Shown: positions 18,817-28,663, numbered from the stretch's first letter. The stretch is 64,000 nt of DNA from Candidatus Iainarchaeum sp. (GCA_017609985.1 JAFCCW010000001.1:64001-128000), one strand, 5' to 3'. The notes: generated by a model from the sequence alone, not told the origin. Made by a program: numbers and translations.

Positions 18817-19872
18817 TTAGGGTGCAAAAGAAATTCCCTGCACAGAAATTTTTGCAGGCTGTCCCATGCCCCCCACTACTTCAAACTTGCAACCGAGAAT
18901 TTTTTCACAAACAGAAATATTTGTAAGAGTGTGCTGGGAAAGCGCAGTGCACTGAATTTCACTTTTTCCGTTAGCAATAGCCATGAAGGGAATAAGCTGA
19001 TCTGCAAGATGAGAATCAACTGGCTTTGCAGGGCCTAGTTCAGCAAGAAGATTTTTTGCAGCCTGCTCTCCAATTTGTTCAGCAGGAATTCCCTTTTGCC
19101 CAATCGAACTTGCTCCGATTATAGAACCATCTGAAAACTTCGCAAACAAAGAAACTGAAGAACCAATAGTGTTAGAGCGATTAGGTTCTGCTTTGATTTC
19201 CTGATTCCAATCAAAATCAGAAAGATTGGATTTTTTAAGAAAATTTTTTGCACCAAGAGCCTGATTTCTGGAAACCTCTTGAGGAAGAGAAGAAGAAAAA
19301 GAGAAACATTCAATTGATTGAAGAGAACCCTGTTCAAGAAGAGTAATTGGTTTGAGAGGAAGAGAAGACTTTTTTGAAGTGAATGAAACAGAACCGTTTC
19401 CCTTCGGAAAAAAACCTGTCGAAATAAGTTTAAGAGAGAGTTTTGCACCTGCACGATTGAGAACTGGAAAAAGAAGCTTGTTCAAATAAGTTATTGTCGG
19501 CGCCCACTTGACTGACGTGCCCCCCTCAATTCTCACAGTGCAATCAACTGGAAGAGAAGCTGGAAGAATTTGCTGAAGAAGAAGAGAAATTGAACCAGCA
19601 GTGCCAATTTTTACTGCAAAACGAGAATCACTTATTTTTTCAGGTTTGAATGAAAGAGAATGGCTATTCCGAAACACTCCTGAAACCTCAGCAGAACAAA
19701 TATTTGCCAGGGCATTTACTCCAGCAATATGCTGAGGCTTAAGGCCTGGCGACGGGCGAGAAGAACGAATATTATTTATTTTTATTTCTTTGCCAGTTAA
19801 GGCAGCAAGGGACAGGGAAGTACGCAAAATTTGGCCCCCGCCCTCTCCCTCAGAACCATCTATTTCAAGCAT
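18817..19872 (-). CDS. rtcA: RNA 3'-terminal phosphate cyclase
   Basis: DGSEGEGGGQILR, PGLKPQH, GFFPKG, DSHLADQL, catalytic HTLTN. Confidence 0.95.
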   Translation of the reverse strand: MLEIDGSEGEGGGQILRTSLSLAALTGKEIKINNIRSSRPSPGLKPQHIAGVNALANICSAEVSGVFRNSHSLSFKPEKISDSRFAVKIGTAGSISLLLQQILPASLPVDCTVRIEGGTSVKWAPTITYLNKLLFPVLNRAGAKLSLKLISTGFFPKGNGSVSFTSKKSSLPLKPITLLEQGSLQSIECFSFSSSLPQEVSRNQALGAKNFLKKSNLSDFDWNQEIKAEPNRSNTIGSSVSLFAKFSDGSIIGASSIGQKGIPAEQIGEQAAKNLLAELGPAKPVDSHLADQLIPFMAIANGKSEIQCTALSQHTLTNISVCEKILGCKFEVVGGMGQPAKISVQGISFAP

Positions 19873-19931
19873 ATAAAAATTAGTTGTGAATATTAATAAT
19901 AAGGTTTTGGAAGCTATTGCGTGTGGTTGAG

Positions 19932-20846
19932 ATGAAGGTTGTGGTAACAGGAAGCACTGGTTTTCTTGGAAAAGAAATTTGCAAACAACTGAGAGAAAAA
20001 GGATTCAGAGTAAAAGAATTTTCGCGCTCTCGGGGATTTGACCTGCTAAAAAAAGAAGACTGCGAAAAAGCCTGTGAAAAAGCAGACTATGTTGTTCATT
20101 CTGCAGCAATAATAAGTGAGAGAGAGAAAAACATAATGGAAGCAGTGAATGTGCAAGGCACAAAAAATATTCTGGAAGCAGCAGCGAAAGCAAGAGTAAA
20201 ACATTTTCTGCACGTAAGCAGCACCTCAGTTTATGGGATGCCAAAAGGGGAACTAACCGAAGAAAGCGAGAAACACCCAAAATATCTTTACGAAAAATCA
20301 AAGCTTGAAGCAGAAAAAGTTGTGCTAAGTTTTCAGGAAATGCTGCCAGTGACAATTATAAGGCCTCCAATAATTTTCGGAGCAAACAAGACCTGGGAAA
20401 AAATAATTGAATATGCAAAAAGCAAGAGCCCTGTTCCAGGAGATGGAAAAAACCCATTCCAGTTTGGGTACATAAAAAATATAGCTTCAGCAATAGTGTT
20501 CCTGCTTGGAAAAGAAGAAGCTTTTTCAGAAGCATATCTTGTGGCAGATGACGAAAAGAAAAGCTTTGAAGAAGTAGTAAAACTTTTTAGAAGAGAATTA
20601 GGATTAAGTGAAAAAACTGTGAAAATCCCATTATGGATTGCGCTGACAGGAGCTTATGGAATAGAATTTTTTGCAAAGGCAAGAGGAAAATATACTTCTT
20701 ATTCCCCAGAGAATGTGAAAAGACTTGCAAAGAGAATGGAGTATGATATTTCAAAAATTAAAAATTTGGGGTGGAAGCCAAAGTATGGAGTGGAGGAAGC
20801 AGTAAAGGAAGTAGTTGGGGAGTTAAAGAATGAAGGAAAGCTTTGA
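19932..20846 (+). CDS. NAD-dependent epimerase/dehydratase (extended SDR)
   Basis: TGSTGFLG, NVQGT, YEKSK. Confidence 0.9.
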   Translation: MKVVVTGSTGFLGKEICKQLREKGFRVKEFSRSRGFDLLKKEDCEKACEKADYVVHSAAIISEREKNIMEAVNVQGTKNILEAAAKARVKHFLHVSSTSVYGMPKGELTEESEKHPKYLYEKSKLEAEKVVLSFQEMLPVTIIRPPIIFGANKTWEKIIEYAKSKSPVPGDGKNPFQFGYIKNIASAIVFLLGKEEAFSEAYLVADDEKKSFEEVVKLFRRELGLSEKTVKIPLWIALTGAYGIEFFAKARGKYTSYSPENVKRLAKRMEYDISKIKNLGWKPKYGVEEAVKEVVGELKNEGKL

Positions 20847-21216
20847 AGAACTTTTAAAAGTAATGGAACGACTCAGGAAAGAATGTGACTGGGACAAAGA
20901 ACAGAGTTTCGAAACACTTGTCCCATATACACTGGAAGAAGCACAGGAAATAGCAGAAGCAGTTGAAAAAAAAGACTGGGACAACCTAAAAGAAGAACTT
21001 GGGGATGTGCTGTACCACATACTGTTTTATTCAGAAATTGCAAAAGAACAAGGCTTGTTTGACATTAAAGACGTGCTGAAAGAAGCAAGAAAAAAACTTG
21101 TTAGAAGGCACCCGCATGTGTTTGGAGATGTGAAGGTTAGTGGAGTAAAAGAAATAAAAGAAAACTGGAAGAGAATTAAAGAAGAAGAAAAGAAAGAGAA
21201 AGAAAAAAAAGCCTGA
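20830..21216 (+). CDS. mazG: Single-domain MazG nucleotide pyrophosphohydrolase
   Basis: CDWDKEQ, EEAQE, EELGD, RRHPHVF. Confidence 0.92.
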   Translation: MKESFEELLKVMERLRKECDWDKEQSFETLVPYTLEEAQEIAEAVEKKDWDNLKEELGDVLYHILFYSEIAKEQGLFDIKDVLKEARKKLVRRHPHVFGDVKVSGVKEIKENWKRIKEEEKKEKEKKA

Positions 21217-21323
21217 AAAAATAAGAAAAAGCATAAAGAAAAAAACAAACATGCGGAAAGTAAAAAATAAAGAAAAAAAGTAAAAAAAAGAAAATTCAAA
21301 AAAATAAAAAAAATGAAAATAGA

Positions 21324-22094
21324 TTATTTTTTCTTTTTTCCAGCAAGTCTGATTGCTTTTGAAAAAGAAGAAATTTTTTTCTTCAAAGCTTTTGCGTTTT
21401 CAAAAGCAGTGCCTATAACAATTATGTCAGCACCCGCCAAAACACGCTCTGACGCCTGCTTTGGAGTCTTGATTCCCCCTCCAACAATCAAAGGAATTGA
21501 ACCAAGAGCTTGCTTTGCATATTTCACAATTGGAAGAGTTACTGGAAACTCTGCTCCACTTCCAGCTTCAAGATAAACTAATCGCATTCCCATCAGCTTT
21601 GCTGCAAGAGCATAAGCAGAAGTAAGTTTTGGTTTACGAACAGGAAGCGGACGCACATCTCCAACCCAGCCAGCAGCAGTGTTCTGACCTGGTTCCACAA
21701 CCAAATAAGCCATCGGAACAGTTTCAATTCCACTTCTTGCAACAAGGGGAGCAGCAAGAGCCTGAACTCCAGAAATATAGTAAGGATTTCTGGAATTGAG
21801 AAGAGACATGAAAAGAAGAACATCAGCGTAACTGCTTACACCTGAGATGTCGCCGGGAAACAAAAGAACAGGAAGTTCTGGAGCAGATTTCTTGATTGAC
21901 TTAATAGTATTGTCAAGAAGCTCGCCCTGCACACCCACGGTTCCCCCAACAAGAATAGCATCAGCTCCGCCAGCCATAGCCTGCTTTGCAGTCCCGCCAG
22001 CATTTTCATAACCAACATCCTCCGGGTCAATTAACACAAACAAAAGAGCTTTTTCTTTTTTAATTTTTTTTAAAATTTCATCAAAGACAGACAC
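21324..22094 (-). CDS. Geranylgeranylglyceryl phosphate synthase (group II, canonical)
   Basis: LIDP, VGGT, LFPG, SLLNSRNP, GWVG, YLEAGSG, VGGGI. Confidence 0.92.
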   Translation of the reverse strand: MSVFDEILKKIKKEKALLFVLIDPEDVGYENAGGTAKQAMAGGADAILVGGTVGVQGELLDNTIKSIKKSAPELPVLLFPGDISGVSSYADVLLFMSLLNSRNPYYISGVQALAAPLVARSGIETVPMAYLVVEPGQNTAAGWVGDVRPLPVRKPKLTSAYALAAKLMGMRLVYLEAGSGAEFPVTLPIVKYAKQALGSIPLIVGGGIKTPKQASERVLAGADIIVIGTAFENAKALKKKISSFSKAIRLAGKKKK

Positions 22095-22109
22095 AACAAA
22101 AACCTCGCA

Positions 22110-22904
22110 TTATTTTCGTTTCCTAACTCCTTTTTCAACAGCAGAAACAAGACCTGAAACAACTTTTTCAGCTTTCTTCAAATCTCCTCCTGTTTTTTCA
22201 AGAGCAGTTCCAAAATGAATTATTGAAGCACCCGCAAGAGCTGTTTCAAAAGCATAATTTTCATTTCTAACACCGCCTGCAACAACAAGGGGAATATTAG
22301 TCATTGAAGAAACATGAGCAACCATTTCGGGAGGAGCAGGAGAATGAGCTCCCCCGCCAGACTCAAGAATTGTAAGATGGGCTCCAAGATACTGGCCAGC
22401 TAAAGCAGTTGCAGAAGCAAGATATGGTTTGTCACGCGGAATAAGATGAGCGCGACCAACCCAGCCAACTGCTCTGCCAGGCTCGGTGATAATGTAAGAA
22501 GTGGGAATGACTTCCAGCCCCATTTTTTTTACGGGAATAGAAGAAGCAGTTTGTGCTCCAGAAATAAAATAAGGGTCAAGAGAATTAAGCATTGACATAA
22601 AATAAATAGCATCAGCGTTGGGGGAGAGAGTTGCAATGTTTCCAGGAAACAAAATAACTGGAAGAGAACAAGAAGCTTTTATTTCATCAATTGTTTCATG
22701 CAAAAGCTTTCCCTGCGCGCCAACACTTCCACCAACAGCAACAGCAAATATTCCATTTTTTTCAGCAACAGAAGCTATTTTTCCAGCAGTTTCAACGCTC
22801 TGATTAGGAGGGTCAATCACAAGAAAAGGAAGACATTTCATTTCAGAAATCCCATTAAGGATGGTTTCATAAACTTTTCCAAAGTGTGAATGCATCAAAA
22901 TCAC
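22110..22904 (-). CDS. Second GGGP synthase-family paralog
   Basis: IDPP, VGGS, LFPG, MLNS, GWVG retained, but ILESGGG replaces YLEAGSG; likely start is ATG at 22895. Confidence 0.88.
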   Translation of the reverse strand: MILMHSHFGKVYETILNGISEMKCLPFLVIDPPNQSVETAGKIASVAEKNGIFAVAVGGSVGAQGKLLHETIDEIKASCSLPVILFPGNIATLSPNADAIYFMSMLNSLDPYFISGAQTASSIPVKKMGLEVIPTSYIITEPGRAVGWVGRAHLIPRDKPYLASATALAGQYLGAHLTILESGGGAHSPAPPEMVAHVSSMTNIPLVVAGGVRNENYAFETALAGASIIHFGTALEKTGGDLKKAEKVVSGLVSAVEKGVRKRK

Positions 22905-22906
22905 TT

Positions 22907-23566
22907 CTATAAATAAGCGGAGCCAAAAGTTTTTAAAGCAGTTTTAATGTTTTTTTCCTGCTCGCCTCTGAGCACGAGACCGTGGCCTGGGAGAAGCAAA
23001 TCAAAGTCAATTTTTAGAAGAGAAGAAATTGATTTTTCAAGTTCCAAGGGACTTCCCGACGGCAAATCATCCCTGCCTCTGCTACCATAAAATAGAGTGT
23101 CTCCACTGAAAAGAAGGCCAAGATTTTTCTCTAAAAAACAAACACTTCCAGAAGTGTGACCAGGGGAAGGAATTACTTCAAGAAAAAAAGGAGAAATTGC
23201 AAGCTTTCTCTTTCTGGAAAGAGAAACAGAAATCTTGGGAAAAAAACTTGTTCCAAAAAGAGAGGACACAGTAAAATCAGCGTCCTTGTCAGATACTTTT
23301 CCAGAATCAGGAGAATGCATAAAAGATTCAGCATTGGAGAAGGGTTGAGAAGCAGAAAAATGGTCAGAATGACCGTGAGAAAAAATCAAAAAATCAATTT
23401 CTTTTGGAGAAACACCGAGGCTTGCAAGAGACTCAACCAGATACTGGGTGTTTTGCTCAATTCCAGGATCAATCAATGCTTTTTTTTCTCCAAGAAGCAG
23501 GAAGGAATTGCTTCCAGAATTAGGAGAATATAGAACAAAGGCGTTTTCAGCTATCTTTTCGAACAT
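22907..23566 (-). CDS. MBL-fold metallo-hydrolase (glyoxalase II-like)
   Basis: SHGHSDH, PGHT, SGDTLF, PGHG. Confidence 0.9.
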   Translation of the reverse strand: MFEKIAENAFVLYSPNSGSNSFLLLGEKKALIDPGIEQNTQYLVESLASLGVSPKEIDFLIFSHGHSDHFSASQPFSNAESFMHSPDSGKVSDKDADFTVSSLFGTSFFPKISVSLSRKRKLAISPFFLEVIPSPGHTSGSVCFLEKNLGLLFSGDTLFYGSRGRDDLPSGSPLELEKSISSLLKIDFDLLLPGHGLVLRGEQEKNIKTALKTFGSAYL

Positions 23567-23603
23567 TTAAAGGAATAGAGGCAAAATCGTTAAAAGCAGT
23601 TTC

Positions 23604-24938
23604 ATGAAAGAAATGAGTATGGACATAAATAATACTGAAGAAATCATTGCACACATCAGAGAAAAGACTGGAAAAGAAGACGAAGAAGTCAAACAATTGA
23701 TTGAAAACAAGAAAGAACGATTTTCAGGACTGTTAACTGATGCTGGAGCCGCATTCATGGTAGCCAAAGAACTCAAGCTAGATGTGAATGCAGCAGAAAG
23801 TGTTTCTGAAAACCTGAAAATAAACCAGTTAGAAGAAGGAATGAACAATGTTGATGTTGCAGGAATAGTTAAGCAAATTTTTTCACCAAGAACATTTGAA
23901 AAAGAGGGAAAAAAAGGATTATTAAACAACCTGATTATTGCAGACAACTCTGGAGAAATACGAGCAACAGTCTGGAACCAGGATGTAAAAAAGCTGGAAG
24001 AACTAAAAGTAGAAAAAGGCAGCAAATTGAGATTAAAAAACTGTTATGTAAGCGCATACAATGAAAAACCACAGATAAACCTTGGATTCAACGGAGAAAT
24101 GATTGTTAACCCAAGTGACTTAACAGAAGGATTTCCAAAAATAGAAACCAATGAAAAAAAAATAGCTGAGTTGAGAGAAGGATTATCAAGTGTTGATGTA
24201 AAAGCCAGAGTGATAAGAGTCTATGAAGAAAGCGGTTTTGAAAAAGACGGAAGAAAAGGAAAGGTTAGAAACTTTGAAATAGGGGATGATACAGGAAAAA
24301 TCAGAGCAACAGCATGGAATGATTTAAGTGAACAAGTAGGAAAATTAGACCAAGGAGATCCAATCAAAATAGAAAATGGATACACAAAAAAAGGACTCAA
24401 AGAAGAGCCAGAACTGCATCTTGGCTGGAGTGCAAGAATAGTAACTGCAGAAGACGAAGGACTTCCAAAAATTGAAGAATTGACCGACGAAAAAATAGAG
24501 AAGAAAAAAATTGCAGATTTAGGGGAAGGAGACAAGTTTGTGGAAATAGAGGGAAGAATTATTGCTGTGCAACCAGGCAAATTGTTCTACGAAGTCTGCG
24601 GAAAATGTGGAAGAAAAGCAAAACAGCTGGAAACAGGAAAAGTTTGCGAAAATTGTGGAGAAATAGAAAAGGAAGACATTAACCTTGTTATTGGAGTGCG
24701 AGTTGATGATGGAAGTGCACAGATAGATGTTGCAGGATTTGGAAACTCAGCAGAAAAAATAATCGGGCTGGGAAAAGAAGAATTCAAGAAAAAAGAAAAA
24801 GAAGAAGGAATAGAAAAAATATTCAACGAGCTGGAAAAAGAGCTTGTTGAAAAGAAAATAAAAACAAGCGGTTATGTGAGAAAAAACACTTTCTCAGACC
24901 AGCTAGAGTTTGTAGTGAAGACAGTGAAGTTTGAATAA
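23604..24938 (+). CDS. rpa: Replication protein A (multi-OB fold with Zn finger)
   Basis: Repeated DxxGxIRATxWN OB folds; CGKC...CENC. Confidence 0.9.
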   Translation: MKEMSMDINNTEEIIAHIREKTGKEDEEVKQLIENKKERFSGLLTDAGAAFMVAKELKLDVNAAESVSENLKINQLEEGMNNVDVAGIVKQIFSPRTFEKEGKKGLLNNLIIADNSGEIRATVWNQDVKKLEELKVEKGSKLRLKNCYVSAYNEKPQINLGFNGEMIVNPSDLTEGFPKIETNEKKIAELREGLSSVDVKARVIRVYEESGFEKDGRKGKVRNFEIGDDTGKIRATAWNDLSEQVGKLDQGDPIKIENGYTKKGLKEEPELHLGWSARIVTAEDEGLPKIEELTDEKIEKKKIADLGEGDKFVEIEGRIIAVQPGKLFYEVCGKCGRKAKQLETGKVCENCGEIEKEDINLVIGVRVDDGSAQIDVAGFGNSAEKIIGLGKEEFKKKEKEEGIEKIFNELEKELVEKKIKTSGYVRKNTFSDQLEFVVKTVKFE

Positions 24939-24947
24939 AAACTGATT

Positions 24948-25529
24948 TTATGGTGCAGGGAGCAGAAATAATAAAAAAATATAAAGGCAAAATATTGCCA
25001 GCAACTCAACCCACCCCCAAGCAAGAACAAGAATGAAATTCCAAACAATCAAAACCTTTATCATCAACCATGCCTGCTCAGTTGAAATCCTTTTAACCGC
25101 TAAACGAATCAGATAAATTATTATAGCAAAAATCAAAACCGTAAAAAGCAGAATAGTGAAAAGCTTTAATGCGACAACTTCTGTTGAATGAGACCACCCA
25201 TCAAGGGAAAGCAATGAAAGCAGTCCCGAAGATGCAAACACACCAGTAATAAGGGCAACAGGAAACACAGAAATAACAATTGATGGAAGAAGGGAAACAG
25301 TAAGAGAAAGCCAGATTTTGCCTTTCTTGAAAAGCCATATTGACAAAAAAGAAACAGCCAAAAACAACAGCACGTGAAACAGCAACAACCCAATGCTGAT
25401 TACACCAGCTTCAAATTCATCAAAATAATTAAGGTCTGAAAACCCAACGAAATATAAAAACAGCTCAAAAATCAGGAAAAGCAATGCAACGGCCACCACA
25501 ACAATTTGCACATTAAGACTTGTTTTCAT
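24948..25529 (-). CDS. Hypothetical membrane protein
   Basis: 193 aa with about 5 hydrophobic helices. Confidence 0.65.
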   Translation of the reverse strand: MKTSLNVQIVVVAVALLFLIFELFLYFVGFSDLNYFDEFEAGVISIGLLLFHVLLFLAVSFLSIWLFKKGKIWLSLTVSLLPSIVISVFPVALITGVFASSGLLSLLSLDGWSHSTEVVALKLFTILLFTVLIFAIIIYLIRLAVKRISTEQAWLMIKVLIVWNFILVLAWGWVELLAIFCLYIFLLFLLPAP

Positions 25530-25676
25530 CGAGCTACAAGGAATTTGAGATATATAAATTTTTGTAGAATAAAATTCACCGGAAACCCAGAGCCCAAAAG
25601 CAATTTTAAATAACAGAATTATAATTTTTATTGAGCAGGCTAAGAAAGTGGTTGAAAGAAAGAATTAAAAAGTAGT

Positions 25677-25695
25677 TATAACATTAAATGTTATA
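25677..25695. promoter_or_regulatory. Perfect palindromic operator upstream of TA pair
   Basis: TATAACATT-A-AATGTTATA, ending 12 bp before the toxin ATG. Confidence 0.7.
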
Positions 25696-25707
25696 TGAGT
25701 TGGTTGA

Positions 25708-26043
25708 ATGAGTTTAAAGGAGTATGTCTCAAGGCTAAGCAGAGAGGATTTTATTTATGTCATGATTGAAACAGCAGAAGGAAAGACGGTTAATTTGACA
25801 GTGGTTTATTTCAGTGAATTTGATGGGTTTGCAGAGGAAATTTTTAGGGTTGACTGTGCGCACGGCTTTCTGCACAAGCATTTGCTCTTTAAGCCAAAGG
25901 AAAGAATTGAAATAATTGAAAGAGAACTAAGCGGAGAACTTGACAAAGAGCTTGTTGATGAAATAAAAGCGAACTGGAAAGAAATGAAGAAAAAATATTT
26001 CCTATTAAAGAAAAGAGGTGAATTAAGTGGACAAAAAAGTTAA
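25708..26043 (+). CDS. Putative toxin (DUF6516/TumE-like)
   Basis: FRVDCAHGFLHKH motif; small gene overlapping a downstream HTH gene. Confidence 0.6.
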   Translation: MSLKEYVSRLSREDFIYVMIETAEGKTVNLTVVYFSEFDGFAEEIFRVDCAHGFLHKHLLFKPKERIEIIERELSGELDKELVDEIKANWKEMKKKYFLLKKRGELSGQKS

Positions 26044-26389
26044 GGATTTTGAAATCCGCATTGGAAGAGACTTTGGAAAAAAAATAGGCTACTTAATTGA
26101 CCACCCCAAAGAACTGGACAAAGAGCCGAGAAGAGTGCTTTACGTGGACGACCTAGAGATGCTTGCAGCCATAATCTCTAACAAAAAACTGCAGCTGATA
26201 AAATTCATTGGAAACAACAAAATCAGTTCAGTGAGCGAGCTGGCAAAGAAACTGAACCGGAAACAAGAGGCAGTCAGCAGAGACATCAGCAAGCTGGAGT
26301 CAGTAGGACTGCTCAAAAAAGAGAGAAAAGGAAAGAATATTGTGCCAAAGATTGCAGCAAAAAGCATTACTATTTCGCTGACTGGATAG
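26027..26389 (+). CDS. wHTH regulator / putative antitoxin (COG4190-like)
   Basis: SVSELAKKLNRKQEAVSRDISKLESVGLL; N-terminal VLYVDDLE..AAII segment. Confidence 0.75.
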   Translation: MDKKVKDFEIRIGRDFGKKIGYLIDHPKELDKEPRRVLYVDDLEMLAAIISNKKLQLIKFIGNNKISSVSELAKKLNRKQEAVSRDISKLESVGLLKKERKGKNIVPKIAAKSITISLTG

Positions 26390-26548
26390 ATGAAATTTAA
26401 ATCTTTCCAAAGTTCACCGGCAAGCCAGTGTCTGAAAAGGATTTAAAAAGAAACAATCTTATTTTTAGTGACCAAAAAAAGCAATGCAAAGGGGAATTGC
26501 CTCCCAAAGCAAGTTCCTCAAAAAGCATCTGCTTAAGGAGGAGATAAA

Positions 26549-27496
26549 ATGGGAAAAGAAATAAAAGAAGTCAAAGACCTGCCAGGTGTTGGAACAACAG
26601 CAGCAGAAAAACTATTTAGTGCAGGATACAAAACACTTGAATCAATAGCAATAGCTTCCCCAATGGAGCTTATAGAAGTAGCTGGATTAGGAGATGGAAC
26701 ATCAGACAAAGCAATCAAGGCAGCAAGAGATGCTCTTGAAATGGGTTTTGAATCAGCAGACAAGCTTGCAGAGCGAAGAAAACAGGTTGGAAAGATCACA
26801 ACCGGAAGTGAAGCTCTTGATGAACTAATAGGCGGAGGAATAGAAACACAAAGTATTACCGAGGTATATGGAAAAATGGCAAGCGGTAAAACACAGTGGT
26901 GTTTTCAGGCAGCAGTGACTGCTCAGCTTCCAAAAGACAAGGGAGGGTTAGCAGGAAATGTACTGTACATTGACTCAGAAAATAGTTTCAGACCAGAAAG
27001 AGTATCCGCGATTGCAAAAGCACAGGGTCTTGACCCAGACAAGATTCTTAAAAATATTCTAGTTGCAAGAGCATACAATGCAGACCACCAAATTCTTCTG
27101 GCAGAAAAAGCAGTGGACATGATTAAGGAAAAAAACATAAAATTAGTAATAGTTGATTCTTTGACAAGCCAGTTCAGAGCAGAATATATTGGAAGAGGAA
27201 AGCTTGCTGACAGACAGCAAAAGCTAAACCAGCACATGAGAACACTAATGAAACTTGCTGAAATGCAAAACTGTGCATTGCTTGTGACCAACCAAGTAAT
27301 GGCCAGGCCAGACATCCTGTTTGGAGACCCGACAGCACCAGTAGGAGGGAATGTTGTAGGACATGCGTCCAAAACCAGGCTTTATTTGAGAAAAAGCAAG
27401 GACGAAAAAAGAATTGCAAAACTTGTTGATTCACCAAGCCTGCCGGACGGAGAAGCAGTTTACAGAGTTACAGAAAATGGAATAGAGGATATGTAA
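26549..27496 (+). CDS. radA: DNA repair and recombination protein RadA
   Basis: N-terminal HhH; GKMASGKTQ, YIDSENSFRPER, VVGHAS; no intein. Confidence 0.97.
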   Translation: MGKEIKEVKDLPGVGTTAAEKLFSAGYKTLESIAIASPMELIEVAGLGDGTSDKAIKAARDALEMGFESADKLAERRKQVGKITTGSEALDELIGGGIETQSITEVYGKMASGKTQWCFQAAVTAQLPKDKGGLAGNVLYIDSENSFRPERVSAIAKAQGLDPDKILKNILVARAYNADHQILLAEKAVDMIKEKNIKLVIVDSLTSQFRAEYIGRGKLADRQQKLNQHMRTLMKLAEMQNCALLVTNQVMARPDILFGDPTAPVGGNVVGHASKTRLYLRKSKDEKRIAKLVDSPSLPDGEAVYRVTENGIEDM

Positions 27497-27507
27497 CTAT
27501 ATCCTCT

Positions 27508-28236
27508 TTATATTCCTCTAACTCCAACTTCCCCAAAAAAAGCTTCTAGCGTTTCAGCAAAAGCAGTTAGCTGAGCAGGAGTAAAAGAATTTTTATTCTC
27601 AAGAGATCTGTCAATCATTCTTGAATCACTCTTGAATTGCTGAAGAAAAAAACGCTTTGGTTTTCCAGATAAAGAAAGAGAAGAAATCCATTTGCCAATA
27701 GAAACAAGTTTTTCCTCAGAAATAAATTCAGGGATAACAGTTGTGCGAAATTCATAGTCAGGAGCAGAATTTATTATAAGAGAAATAGACTGTTCAATCA
27801 GTTCAGAATCAACTTCAACTCCTGCAACAGCAGAGTAATCATTTTTTGGAGCTTTAACATCCATTGCCACATAGTCAGCAAGAGATTTTGAAAAAACTTT
27901 CTTCAAAACAGATGGATTGCCACCATTAGAATCAAGCTTGACTTCAAACCCAAGGTCTTTGACTCTTGAACAAAAATCCAAAAGCCCTGGCTGAAGAGTT
28001 GGTTCTCCGCCAGTGATTGCAACCCCCTGCAACCATTTCTTTTTAGACTCCAAAAAAGAAAAAAATTCTTCAACCGGAATCCTTGGTTCAGAAGGCTTGC
28101 CTAAAGCAAGTTCAGGATTGTAACAAAAAGGACAGCGAAAATTACAAGAATTAGTAAAAACAACACAGGAAAGTTTTCCTGGAAAATCAAGCATTGAGGT
28201 TCGGAGAACCCCGCGAATATCAAAATCAAGACTCAT
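27508..28236 (-). CDS. nrdG: Anaerobic RNR activating enzyme (radical SAM)
   Basis: SMLDFPG, CNFRCPFC, TGGEP, YEFRTT. Confidence 0.93.
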   Translation of the reverse strand: MSLDFDIRGVLRTSMLDFPGKLSCVVFTNSCNFRCPFCYNPELALGKPSEPRIPVEEFFSFLESKKKWLQGVAITGGEPTLQPGLLDFCSRVKDLGFEVKLDSNGGNPSVLKKVFSKSLADYVAMDVKAPKNDYSAVAGVEVDSELIEQSISLIINSAPDYEFRTTVIPEFISEEKLVSIGKWISSLSLSGKPKRFFLQQFKSDSRMIDRSLENKNSFTPAQLTAFAETLEAFFGEVGVRGI

Positions 28237-28244
28237 AAAAAAAC

Positions 28245-28508
28245 CTAGTGAAGAGCCTTTTCCACCTCTTCTTTTGGAGGAACTTCAGATTTCCAGGAAA
28301 CAAGCTCAGTACCAGAATCATCCACTACAACAAGAGAAGGAGTGCCCATAATTCCATACATTGCTGCTTCTGCAAGACCCTCTGGATCGCCAATATTTAG
28401 ATAGCTAACTGAAACACCACTCTGTTCAAACTCTTTGCCAAGTTCCTTTGCAGATGGACATTTTCCACAGCCTTCTTTCCAAAAAACAAGCAACTTTATA
28501 CACAACAC
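28245..28508 (-). CDS. Thioredoxin/NrdH-like redoxin
   Basis: CGKC active site, GLAEA..YGI.GTPSL; located inside the nrd operon. Confidence 0.88.
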   Translation of the reverse strand: MLCIKLLVFWKEGCGKCPSAKELGKEFEQSGVSVSYLNIGDPEGLAEAAMYGIMGTPSLVVVDDSGTELVSWKSEVPPKEEVEKALH

Positions 28509-28513
28509 CTTCT

Positions 28514-28663
28514 TTAGATTTTGTAGTTTCCAGCTTGACGGTCAACAAACTCTGCTTTTTTTCCAGAATTCCAGTTTTGTATTTTGCTATAATATCCAAC
28601 AACTCTTGTTATTCCTTCGACATTTTCACTTCCACAGTGAACACATTTTGCTTTTAATTCCAT
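28514..28663 (-). CDS. Stand-alone NrdD glycyl-radical domain, 49 aa (not in ORF track)
   Basis: MELKAKCVHCGSENVEGITRVVGYYSKIQNWNSGKKAEFVDRQAGNYKI; SD GGAGGTG; TGATG overlap with the nrdD stop. Confidence 0.88.
   Translation of the reverse strand: MELKAKCVHCGSENVEGITRVVGYYSKIQNWNSGKKAEFVDRQAGNYKI

Noticed and set aside
21217-21323. A-rich low-complexity tract (also 31290-31500)
   Set aside because: Consistent with oligo-T terminators of minus-strand genes and strand bias; no repeat unit or ORF
26491-26535. Hairpins in the radA leader
   Set aside because: Short imperfect stems; not distinguishable from chance without homologs
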